Below the pieces are notes generated by a model. The model ran no database searches. It worked only from the letters and a program-made list of their open reading frames with translations, and was not told the DNA's origin. The position numbers were made by a program, and so were the translations under genes. A stretch of DNA of 64,000 nt, taken from sequence record NC_028248.1; one strand, 5' to 3'. Position 1 is the stretch's first letter. The number at the start of each line of letters is the position of its first letter. This stretch comes from Escherichia phage slur16. Below, one piece after another: positions 16,955 through 25,600 of this stretch.

Positions 16955-17152
16955 TTACACAGGAATTGCTTCAAATAGACCGTTATCTATACCGTCCTTC
17001 AGATAGAGATTATATTCTATATCGGTATCTGTATAAAGGGCAGCATCCAGCATTCTATCTGTGAGTCCATCCATCGGGTGGAGAAACCACCACCCACGCC
17101 AGTCAAAGTAACAGCCTGGTGCATCTTCTCTTACACGGATTCTATAAATCAT
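16955..17152 (-). CDS. hypothetical protein (65 aa)
   Basis: Track ORF. Confidence 0.35.
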   Translation of the reverse strand: MIYRIRVREDAPGCYFDWRGWWFLHPMDGLTDRMLDAALYTDTDIEYNLYLKDGIDNGLFEAIPV

Positions 17153-17248
17153 GGGCAGTGGCCTCCTGTTAGTTATACATCCCAGTTTTCTTCGTTCATC
17201 ACGTCCTCCCGTTCTATGAAGTTATAATTACACACCTTTCAACTTGTG

Positions 17249-17665
17249 TCAACAGAAAACTTCAACAAATTCTTCCACAGTTTTAATGTCGTGGGAAAAA
17301 GGTTTACGGCTATAACGGGCAATAGCACTATCAACCACCGCCCGGTACTCCAAATCTTCAGAATATTTCATGAAGCATTGCAGCGTCTCTGGGCAGATAG
17401 CTAAATAGCTCCACCACCCCTCTTCAGATTGGTAGTCGAATCCCATACTCTCCAACCATGAAGCATATACGCCTGCACCCTCAAGCCAGTGAGTATTTTC
17501 ATCCAGAAACTTGTTAATAGACATGTGAGCTTCTAAGCATTTATCCAGCTCTTTTCCGTTAACCAGCCACGCACTGACCGTGGCGCATCCAAAGTCTACA
17601 GATTGAGTTGACAGGTTGTATTGGTCATAGTTCTCAGGTTTAACAATGATATCTTCTAATGTCAT
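17249..17665 (-). CDS. hypothetical protein (138 aa)
   Basis: Track ORF. Confidence 0.45.
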   Translation of the reverse strand: MTLEDIIVKPENYDQYNLSTQSVDFGCATVSAWLVNGKELDKCLEAHMSINKFLDENTHWLEGAGVYASWLESMGFDYQSEEGWWSYLAICPETLQCFMKYSEDLEYRAVVDSAIARYSRKPFSHDIKTVEEFVEVFC

Positions 17666-17690
17666 TTTTCAGATCTTCTTATACAAAAAT

Positions 17691-17712
17691 GCCCCACCCT
17701 TTCGGGCAGGGC
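17691..17712 (-). terminator. intrinsic terminator-like hairpin
   Basis: Minus strand gccctgcccgaaagggtggggc followed by atttttg; identical 22-mer at 28457-28478. Confidence 0.5.
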
Positions 17713-17727
17713 TATGTTAACTAGATG

Positions 17728-18306
17728 TTAGAAGTATTCATAGAGGTATCCATCGGGAGCTGGAATTTTTTCATGAATGTAGTAATCAACACATATCCCT
17801 GTTTCTCTTCGGCAAGAATTGTGGGATACCCATTCTTTAAGAACGTTGCCATTCATGTCCAGCCTCCTTACATTTTTACACCGTCTACCACTGGTGCTTC
17901 TATGTAACAGAATATCCTCTGTCTGCTTGTCTTTATTTTCTCCCCAAGTCGTTAAACGGATATTATCAAAAGAGTATCCTTTGAAATCATCTATCCTGTC
18001 ACAAGAAGGCTTTTTCCTTTTGTCGTATCCGCTGGCTACCCACTGGTCATACAACTCTTTGTAACCGTTCAGGTATAGCCACTCCTTAAACTCTTTTTTG
18101 GTGTAAGTCGGAGGAGGGTGACCTCTTTGCTTGCTGTTGCACTTTTGAGCCTTGTACAGCACGCGTATTACACCTTTTTCTGAAGAGTTGTGGGAAAACT
18201 GGTCAGCCTCCCTACTGGCCTTCTTGCAACACTCTTTGCACGTTGATTTGTTACTGGTGTAGAAGTCGGAGGCCTCCTTGTCCTCTCCACAACGTTTGCA
18301 TTTCAT
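17728..18306 (-). CDS. HNH / endonuclease VII-like (His-Me finger) protein with N-terminal Cys cluster
   Basis: CDRIDDFKGYSFDNIRLTTWGENKDKQ resembles the HNH core; CKRCG…CKECC zinc-finger-like N-terminus; free-standing next to the SSB-like gene. Confidence 0.4.
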   Translation of the reverse strand: MKCKRCGEDKEASDFYTSNKSTCKECCKKASREADQFSHNSSEKGVIRVLYKAQKCNSKQRGHPPPTYTKKEFKEWLYLNGYKELYDQWVASGYDKRKKPSCDRIDDFKGYSFDNIRLTTWGENKDKQTEDILLHRSTSGRRCKNVRRLDMNGNVLKEWVSHNSCRRETGICVDYYIHEKIPAPDGYLYEYF

Positions 18307-18314
18307 AACTGACC

Positions 18315-19541
18315 TCAGAAAGGGATCGAGTCATCGAACTCATACTGTGCTGGATTCTGATCCATCGGGTCATCTTCCTCATCATTTACAGGAGGAGCGT
18401 CTACAGTGTTTTGCTGTGGAGCGGCTTCCTGTTTGGCAGCCTGAGGTTCTTGATGGTCAGTTGACCCAGCACCGTTCTTGATCCAATCGTACAACGGCTC
18501 AGCCAGATTAGTCAAGACATCTTTTGCTTCTGCAGTAATTGCCGCTGCAAAATCATCAACTTTCGTTTTCTTGTCAATACGGCGACAAGCGTTCAACACC
18601 GCATTACCGACACTGGCACCTACTTCATCCTCAGTTCGGTTGGTGGCTTGAGCATACTCTTTCTTAAGCTCAATGGTGACTACGTGCAGTGTTTTAGCCA
18701 CGCTTAGTGGGTCGTCCACCTTAAACCCGCGATCTAGGATGATTTGCAACGCATTGATGCTATGTCCCGTCTCCACACCAATAGGGTCGTAAGAGGATTT
18801 ACGCTTGCCACCAGAGCCTTGGGTGCCGTTCTCTGCCTTAGGTGGATAGGCTTTGAAACCACTGATAATGTTTCCGGTGTCTTTGTCAACAATGGCTGCA
18901 ACACGACCACCTACCACCAGGTCTTTAAGCTGCTCATCAGTGACAACCATGGCACCTTCGCCAATCTTGTGGTCATTAACAGTAACCACGTTGCCAACAA
19001 TCTGAGTCACATCGCCATAGATGCGTAAAACGTCCTGATTGGCATTCTGCTGAGGTTTCTGCTTCTGGCCTTGTGATTGTGCACCTTGTTGCTGTTTTTG
19101 CTGCTGAGTCGCTGCTGGAGCCTCTCCTGCACCCAGCTTGACCATCTTAGCTAGTGAGCCTTTGTAATAGGTCTTACCGTTATGCTCGTTTGCCTTCAAA
19201 GGGATATTTACGATCCATCCCGGCGTTACGGTTTCCCACTTGTCATCAATTTTAACAGAGACAGAGTCTTGATGACCAGGTTTAAGCAGCTTATCACCCA
19301 TACTGATCCAAACTTCTTCACCACCTTGAAGCAGGTTATCAGAGGAATCCAGTTCAGAAATCAGTAAAGAGATGGTGTGGCTGGATTCAATTTTCTTACC
19401 TTGCCACACAGTGGTTTTAATACCTGTTGTAGGATCAGCACCTTTGATAGGTTTGATGCTGACACGTTTAATCATGCCGTGAGCCAGTAAAACAGTTTCA
19501 CGCGGATTCATCGGGTTAGCGAATTGTTGAATAACGCTCAT
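18315..19541 (-). CDS. single-stranded DNA-binding protein-like, with acidic C-terminal tip
   Basis: C-terminus …YEFDDSIPF closely matches the bacterial SSB tip; Gln/Ala-rich linker; position next to replication genes. Confidence 0.5.
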   Translation of the reverse strand: MSVIQQFANPMNPRETVLLAHGMIKRVSIKPIKGADPTTGIKTTVWQGKKIESSHTISLLISELDSSDNLLQGGEEVWISMGDKLLKPGHQDSVSVKIDDKWETVTPGWIVNIPLKANEHNGKTYYKGSLAKMVKLGAGEAPAATQQQKQQQGAQSQGQKQKPQQNANQDVLRIYGDVTQIVGNVVTVNDHKIGEGAMVVTDEQLKDLVVGGRVAAIVDKDTGNIISGFKAYPPKAENGTQGSGGKRKSSYDPIGVETGHSINALQIILDRGFKVDDPLSVAKTLHVVTIELKKEYAQATNRTEDEVGASVGNAVLNACRRIDKKTKVDDFAAAITAEAKDVLTNLAEPLYDWIKNGAGSTDHQEPQAAKQEAAPQQNTVDAPPVNDEEDDPMDQNPAQYEFDDSIPF

Positions 19542-19906
19542 TATTTGTCTCCTTGTTCTTCGTTAGTGTTTGCTGTGTGTGCAAACCCTGCTTGAATTAA
19601 TTTGTCCTGAACTTGAGCCAACAGGCCCATTGCAAAACTTGTAGTCCCAGAGAGGGCCATTAGCATATCTCGTTGTTGAGCTACCCAACCTAAGGCATAG
19701 TCCAAACGACGATATTTTTCTTCTTCACGCAGAGCCTGAAATAATTGTTCAGCCTCCGGTTGTTGTGTGAGCTCCTGAAGTCTTCCCATGAAAGAAGAAA
19801 GCACTAGCAAAAGAGACACTTGATCTTTACTTAACCCTAAGAAAAATTCTTGAGGTTGTTCTTGCTCGTTCATCGCAACCGACGCTTGATCGTTCATTTG
19901 TTCCAT
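19541..19906 (-). CDS. hypothetical protein (121 aa)
   Basis: Track ORF; start overlaps the SSB-like gene stop. Confidence 0.45.
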   Translation of the reverse strand: MEQMNDQASVAMNEQEQPQEFFLGLSKDQVSLLLVLSSFMGRLQELTQQPEAEQLFQALREEEKYRRLDYALGWVAQQRDMLMALSGTTSFAMGLLAQVQDKLIQAGFAHTANTNEEQGDK

Positions 19907-19989
19907 TATGGAATCTCCGATTTTATTTGAACAACATAGAAGGAGACACTATTTTAGCATCCCCTTCTGTAAATTACAATAGATATTTG

Positions 19990-20235
19990 TTAGCCAATCA
20001 CTTCAAAAGTTCCCCAATTCCCGTCCAGCAGGCAGGTGATCGGATCCCCATCGTCGTCAAAGATTTCAAAGTTTTCAGCATCCAGGATGTGGCCCTCGAA
20101 CACAATACTTTCGTCGCCACCACCAGAAATAACAGCGTATTCCTTACCTTGAGTCAAGTTTTGACACCCTTTGCCACCAAAACCTACTTCAACACAACGT
20201 ACTTTCTGTCCTACGCGAGCAACTACTTCAGTCAT
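19990..20235 (-). CDS. hypothetical protein (81 aa)
   Basis: Track ORF. Confidence 0.4.
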   Translation of the reverse strand: MTEVVARVGQKVRCVEVGFGGKGCQNLTQGKEYAVISGGGDESIVFEGHILDAENFEIFDDDGDPITCLLDGNWGTFEVIG

Positions 20236-20252
20236 CTTAAGGTCTCCTGATA

Positions 20253-20573
20253 TTAATCGTCAAGTTCAAAATAGATTTTAACAGCTTCATCAAAGATTGG
20301 AATCCCGATGTTGTTGATAAGCTGCCAAACTACCATATCTTTACCTGGATCTGGGAGAATGTCAACCTTTCTCCATGCGCTGTATACCCAGTTCGGACCG
20401 CCTTCTGCACTAACTGGCAGATTTTCACCAGCTTCCTGTAGATACTTATACAGCAAAAGATATTCTGGATACTCTAGAACACTGTCCTCTGTAGTATATA
20501 GCAGTTCACGGTATACTTTTAAGAACCCTGCTGGGGTAATGTTTTCAGTCTTCATTTGCCGCTTCTCCTGCAT
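20253..20573 (-). CDS. hypothetical protein (106 aa)
   Basis: Track ORF. Confidence 0.45.
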   Translation of the reverse strand: MQEKRQMKTENITPAGFLKVYRELLYTTEDSVLEYPEYLLLYKYLQEAGENLPVSAEGGPNWVYSAWRKVDILPDPGKDMVVWQLINNIGIPIFDEAVKIYFELDD

Positions 20574-20937
20574 TCATCAGGTCTGCCATAGCGTCACCCA
20601 CGAAGAGAACAACCACATCGTTGACAGCGTCAGCATCATCTTTGTTGACGTTGCTGAATTTAGGACACACAGCAATGATCATATAGACACCGTTACCCAC
20701 CTGAACTGTCCGTGTGGTGCACATCATGGCTGTATTTGTGCCTTCTTTGAAGGCGAAGCCTTGAAGACGCTCCTCTAAAGTGTTACCGGTAGATTTCAGA
20801 AGCGCCAGCTCGTCCAAGGCATAGATGATATCTCCTGAAGTTAGTGTTGCCTTGCCATCAGACACCATAATCACTCCATCAGCACCGTCAAGCTTAGAGG
20901 CTTCAAAGATATCAATATCCCAAATATTTTTCATCAC
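20545..20937 (-). CDS. hypothetical protein (130 aa)
   Basis: Track ORF. Confidence 0.45.
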   Translation of the reverse strand: MMKNIWDIDIFEASKLDGADGVIMVSDGKATLTSGDIIYALDELALLKSTGNTLEERLQGFAFKEGTNTAMMCTTRTVQVGNGVYMIIAVCPKFSNVNKDDADAVNDVVVLFVGDAMADLMNAGEAANED

Positions 20938-21266
20938 GCTTCCTCGTCGTCTAAGTAATCATCAAGAGAGGTGAAGATTTCACCGAAGTATTCTAAGATT
21001 TCTAGCTCACGTGTGGTGCAGAAAACACAGTCACCGTTGTCATCCTCGATAACGGCCTTTTTACCCAGCACATCTACTTCAAGTTTATCGTTCAACAGGA
21101 CAGCTCCTGTGTAAACTTTGTCGGCTGTACAGTCCCGAAAAGCAGAATCCTTCTCCAGATAGTCTGGCTTAACCTTGGCTTTAATTCGTTGATATTGTTT
21201 AGTCATTGCTGTGGTCCCCTTTCGTTTTGATAGGGCCATTATATTAGGCCCCATCACTGTTGTCAA
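20934..21266 (-). CDS. hypothetical protein, paralog of 21270..21524
   Basis: Shares KP…D.AF.DCT…DD.GD.V.CT..E pattern with the adjacent ORF. Confidence 0.45.
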   Translation of the reverse strand: MTTVMGPNIMALSKRKGTTAMTKQYQRIKAKVKPDYLEKDSAFRDCTADKVYTGAVLLNDKLEVDVLGKKAVIEDDNGDCVFCTTRELEILEYFGEIFTSLDDYLDDEEA

Positions 21267-21269
21267 GTA

Positions 21270-21524
21270 TTAATGTTCAGGTTTTACAAAAACTACTTCG
21301 TTAACAGTGCACCAGACAGAATCTCCTTCGTCATCTTTAAAGGTAAGGCACTGGGCTGAGTTTTCCAGCTCATCAATCTCTTCTTGTGATAAAGGAGCCC
21401 CTTCTTCCAAAAGGGCTTTTACTAAAGGGTTCTCACAAAACTCTGCTTCATAAATAGCACCAAGCGTGCAATCTTTAAAAGCTCGGTCATTTGCAACGCA
21501 TGCTGGTTTCAACATGATTTTCAT
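21270..21524 (-). CDS. hypothetical protein, paralog of 20934..21266
   Basis: DRAFKDCTLGAIY / DSAFRDCTADKVY and DSVWCTVNE / DCVFCTTRE alignable by eye. Confidence 0.45.
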   Translation of the reverse strand: MKIMLKPACVANDRAFKDCTLGAIYEAEFCENPLVKALLEEGAPLSQEEIDELENSAQCLTFKDDEGDSVWCTVNEVVFVKPEH

Positions 21525-21600
21525 TTTAGCAGTCTCCTCAATTATTTAAAAATCAACTCTCTGTTTGTGTGAAGCATCTTATATCTAATCTTACTTCTTA

Positions 21601-21999
21601 TCAATGACTATTTTCAATCAGCCACACAGGGTCGAGGTAAATTTGTTGGCGTGTTGCCCAATGACAAACTTCATTGTACGTCTGAACCTCTTTGTCTGTC
21701 AATTCACGAATAGGCTCATCTATACCCTCATTTTTGTGGTAATCCCAGTCGGCATCGATTTCCCACAGCCATGACTTGTTGTCACCACGCTTACGCACAC
21801 AGAAGTCACCAGGACGGCCTGCCAGTGCATTTAAGAACTCGTTCTCTGCTCGCTCCTGAAGAATGCTAAGGAGCAAAACGTTGGAGCATGACCGTAAAAT
21901 ATGCTTCAGCTCGCAGTCATCAATCTCAACTTCAATACGTTGTTTGACTGTGTGGGTACCTTTTACTAACATTCTACCTCCTCTATACAAACTCTGCAA
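21601..21999 (-). CDS. hypothetical protein (132 aa)
   Basis: Track ORF. Confidence 0.45.
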   Translation of the reverse strand: MQSLYRGGRMLVKGTHTVKQRIEVEIDDCELKHILRSCSNVLLLSILQERAENEFLNALAGRPGDFCVRKRGDNKSWLWEIDADWDYHKNEGIDEPIRELTDKEVQTYNEVCHWATRQQIYLDPVWLIENSH

Positions 22000-22177
22000 G
22001 TGTTGTGTTGTTCACTGCACCGCAGTAAATGGAGTATCCCAGCCCATTAGGGTGCAGAAACCACGGCGTGCCGAAATTATCTTTCACGTAGACATCGCCG
22101 TTGCTTGTAAAGGGCCAATATTCTTCACCAAGGGTGAAATACCTACTCATACCCTCAGCCAGATACTTTACTTTCAT
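21983..22177 (-). CDS. hypothetical protein (64 aa)
   Basis: Track ORF. Confidence 0.35.
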   Translation of the reverse strand: MKVKYLAEGMSRYFTLGEEYWPFTSNGDVYVKDNFGTPWFLHPNGLGYSIYCGAVNNTTLAEFV

Positions 22178-22401
22178 AGGTCCTCTTCAACAGCTACAAA
22201 CTTGGCAAGCAGGGTGGTTCCGTAGATATGATACTCACCGTTTGCCAGATGGGAGATAAACCAGGCAATCCCTTCCTCGTCTTTAATCATCTTGTTTGCA
22301 CGAGCTTTATCGTAATAAACCTCGTAGGTCTTTCCTTCTTTAAAGAATGACAGGTCTGTCATCTTTTCTTCTACAAAGGTAGCTTTAACCAAAGTCGTCA
22401 T
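22174..22401 (-). CDS. hypothetical protein (75 aa)
   Basis: Track ORF. Confidence 0.4.
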   Translation of the reverse strand: MTTLVKATFVEEKMTDLSFFKEGKTYEVYYDKARANKMIKDEEGIAWFISHLANGEYHIYGTTLLAKFVAVEEDL

Positions 22402-22805
22402 TGATCAGTCTCCTTCTTGTTAAGTCTGAATACTGCAATAATAGCATTCCCAAGGTGCAGTGTCAAATCATTTCCAAGATACCACAGCATTCCACGGTCA
22501 TCTTTGATGAAAGGGTAGCAATTTGGTGCCTTCTCTTTAATGAAAGGGTGACAATCTGGTGCCTTCCAGACATTGTACACTTTCCCAACCTGAAAGAAAT
22601 CAGGCCCTGTTGGGATTTTAGTGCCTGGCCACACTTGAGATACCTGAACACACTCCACCTGCATAATAACAGGGATAGTCATGGATGTAAATGTTTTTGT
22701 TGGTTCTACTACCATAAAAGTCTCCTCTTTGCTCAACAACACTTCCATGTGTTGATAGTTTACATTAGTGACAATCACCCCAATTACGACCACACAGGTA
22801 TTCAC
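22398..22805 (-). CDS. hypothetical protein (135 aa; start uncertain)
   Basis: Track start overlaps the polymerase 3-prime end by 40 nt; internal Met at 22748 is an alternative. Confidence 0.4.
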   Translation of the reverse strand: MNTCVVVIGVIVTNVNYQHMEVLLSKEETFMVVEPTKTFTSMTIPVIMQVECVQVSQVWPGTKIPTGPDFFQVGKVYNVWKAPDCHPFIKEKAPNCYPFIKDDRGMLWYLGNDLTLHLGNAIIAVFRLNKKETDQ

Positions 22806-25542
22806 CTGTGATCTGGAACGGGACGCCCATCATTTTAGAAGCTTGCCAGAAGCAATGCACCACCATTTCACCCACAGGGCTCCAGATAAGTTCAAGCTTT
22901 CCGTCATCGTTCAGGATAGGATCGTACACCGTGTTTCCGTCTCTGTCAACCACTTCGTTTCCGTCCTCATCCTTGCGTGCCTTTTTGTACTTATGACCGT
23001 CGAACACATGAAGTTTGGCCTCCTGCTCTGCCTTAAATGCTTCCAGTTCTTCGATTGTGTCGAAGGTGTACACAGTCTTATACTTCGGTGTGTCAGGGAC
23101 TTGAAGCTGATATTCGTCATGGTAATAGATAATACGACGAACACCTTCATCGTACCACCCACGCTTCACCATTTGATGGTGCATGAGTATCCCAACTAAG
23201 TCACACAACGATGCGCCGCCATTTTGTTGGTATGCATTAAGTAAAGAGTGTTTAGATCGGGTCCAGATAGCATGACCATCAAAAGAGTAGATAAACTTCT
23301 TACCCGTTGCTTCCCAGAATTTCTCCAGATCTTCTTTACGCCCCTTAAGACCAGGGTTGGCATCCCAGAGTGCATCGATTACCCTTTGTCCCAACTCTGG
23401 AGAGATGTCCAGCATATCTGCAACTTTATCTTTTTGTGCCCCATACATAACCCCATACGTGATAGGTTTACCGTCGTTACGAGACACCTCTCTACCTGCT
23501 ACTTTTGTATATGCCTCAGCATTGTTTTGGTGTGCGTCCCCGTTACTTACAACATCGTAATACAGGCCGTTGTCGAACTCAAAGGCACCCCAAGCCCCGA
23601 TAAGCTGCTCTAAGTTGGACCCGTCAATACCGATCTCAAAGTATCCTGGAGGAACACCCCACAGACTACGCATCTCTTTACCCATAACCACTTTAGGAGA
23701 TGGTTTAGGCATGTTTGCACAAATACTGTGTTTCTGTCGGGAAGTGTTTGTTAATCCAGAACTTTTAGCAGGAAGCTTATGGTCAATCTTCAAACGTGGG
23801 TGATTAAGAAGACCAGTATCAACCTTATCCTCCTTGATTGGATCAAGGACCGATCTGCGGTTTCGCAATGATAACCACAAGACGATATCTTTAGCCATCT
23901 CTCCGTTCAATTTTTCAAGATTCGGGCATAGGTGTCCAAACGTATCTTTCAGTTGCGGAGAAGTAATAAGTGCCCTAGCTTTTCTACGTATTTTCCCGAA
24001 TACTTCCTTTTTAATCCTTTCGGAGTTAGGAAAGCTTCGGAACTTGTGCACGGTTGTCTGGAACTTAGCATCAGTTTTGTTCCAGAAGTTGATAATTAGG
24101 TCACAATACTCTGACTCTAAAAGCTCGTCCATATATGCATACACTCGTGCATCAACATCTGCATCAGGTAGAGCTTTCTTCTTGCTGTCTTTAGTTACAT
24201 CCTTAGTTCTCCACATTGTCGGAAGCCAACCAGCACTGATCAGGTATCGCTTAATATCGTCCTGATTGCTGATTTTCATAGGTATCTTGCAGTCAGGCAT
24301 TCGCTTCTGCTGTAGATCACTTATTGCCTGATCCATTAGCTCTTTAGGTAAAGGTTGTGGTGTGGAGGTGCCCTTGATATAGCCCCTCAAGAAATCCGCC
24401 ATCTTATCAGGGTCTTTACAGCCCATCTCTTCACACCATTTTATCCCCATCTTACTGACATCTCCTGTGGAGGTAAATGCTCGCTTAGGAGGAGCTTTGA
24501 ATTCTAAAGCACTCATGTCCACAGGGTAGCCAAGCTTGTCTTTTAACCATTTCCAACCATTATTGGAGATTGTCCCATCCTGGTTAAACGGCTTTTCAGG
24601 GAACTTAGGCCGCTGAGACATTGATAACTCTTTTAAAGGAAGTTGTGGTTCAACACGATCAGCGATCTCTTTCATCCACGCATCGCAGCGGTCACGTAAA
24701 GCAATAGCCCCATCTATGTCGAAATACACACCCTGTCGAGCCTGCAGCTCCATCAGGAAATGCTGCAGCATGCCTCGGCGTAATGCATTCTTCCAGGTAA
24801 TCTTCTTGAATCCTTTAGGCTTCTCTTTGGCAGGGTCATACATAAAGTTCTGCATGTCAGATTTGCCGTAGAATACACCTTTTGATTCCGCTACCAACTC
24901 TTTCCAGAGCAACTCCTGGATGATAACGTCCTCGAACACACGATCCACATATTTCCACAGCGGAAGATCGCGCCAGTCATCAATTTGAACTTTCTGGTTA
25001 CCAAGGGCGTAGCCCCATGCCATAAGGCCGTGAGGACCAACAGGTTGCATTTTCTTAGTAACCGGGTTGAATACAGCGTCCGGACAACCTTTTGGTAAAG
25101 GGCGATCAGGCCACAAGATTCGGCTCATAGCCAACGTATCAAACAGATTAACCTGGTGGTCGTTGATAGTCCCCATGCATTTAGGATCACGGAACATATC
25201 AAAATGAATACCGGATAATCTTTCCATTAGCATAAAGTCATAACTGTAGCAGTTATGGCAGTTCAAAGCTGTTGGTGACCAGTCAGAATTGCCTGTAAGC
25301 CAACCTTCCAACTCCGAAAAATCTGCTATGCGAACTTCAAAATCTTTATAAAGAGTTTTCTTTGCCAGAATGAAGTTCTTAGCCTTTTCTATATCCTCCT
25401 CGGAGTAGTGTGTGCGGTCATTTAGAGGAAGGAACAGCATAAAACGGTTCTTATTCAGCTCTTTAAACAGACCGCAGTGATAATAAAGATCTGGGTCTTC
25501 CAGCAAACCGGATGACTCAAAATCGAAAGACCACATACTCAT
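22765..25542 (-). CDS. DNA polymerase, family A (Pol I-like) with N-terminal 3-prime-5-prime exonuclease
   Basis: Exo motif FDFESSG; motif A IDGSNLEQ; motif B RNDGKPITYGVMYG; motif C YYHDEYQL; 925 aa. Confidence 0.85.
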   Translation of the reverse strand: MSMWSFDFESSGLLEDPDLYYHCGLFKELNKNRFMLFLPLNDRTHYSEEDIEKAKNFILAKKTLYKDFEVRIADFSELEGWLTGNSDWSPTALNCHNCYSYDFMLMERLSGIHFDMFRDPKCMGTINDHQVNLFDTLAMSRILWPDRPLPKGCPDAVFNPVTKKMQPVGPHGLMAWGYALGNQKVQIDDWRDLPLWKYVDRVFEDVIIQELLWKELVAESKGVFYGKSDMQNFMYDPAKEKPKGFKKITWKNALRRGMLQHFLMELQARQGVYFDIDGAIALRDRCDAWMKEIADRVEPQLPLKELSMSQRPKFPEKPFNQDGTISNNGWKWLKDKLGYPVDMSALEFKAPPKRAFTSTGDVSKMGIKWCEEMGCKDPDKMADFLRGYIKGTSTPQPLPKELMDQAISDLQQKRMPDCKIPMKISNQDDIKRYLISAGWLPTMWRTKDVTKDSKKKALPDADVDARVYAYMDELLESEYCDLIINFWNKTDAKFQTTVHKFRSFPNSERIKKEVFGKIRRKARALITSPQLKDTFGHLCPNLEKLNGEMAKDIVLWLSLRNRRSVLDPIKEDKVDTGLLNHPRLKIDHKLPAKSSGLTNTSRQKHSICANMPKPSPKVVMGKEMRSLWGVPPGYFEIGIDGSNLEQLIGAWGAFEFDNGLYYDVVSNGDAHQNNAEAYTKVAGREVSRNDGKPITYGVMYGAQKDKVADMLDISPELGQRVIDALWDANPGLKGRKEDLEKFWEATGKKFIYSFDGHAIWTRSKHSLLNAYQQNGGASLCDLVGILMHHQMVKRGWYDEGVRRIIYYHDEYQLQVPDTPKYKTVYTFDTIEELEAFKAEQEAKLHVFDGHKYKKARKDEDGNEVVDRDGNTVYDPILNDDGKLELIWSPVGEMVVHCFWQASKMMGVPFQITGEYLCGRNWGDCH

Positions 25543-25600
25543 ATACAGTTCTCCTTAAAGGGGAGGCGGTTGTACTACCCCTCCCACTCTTTGTTAAACA

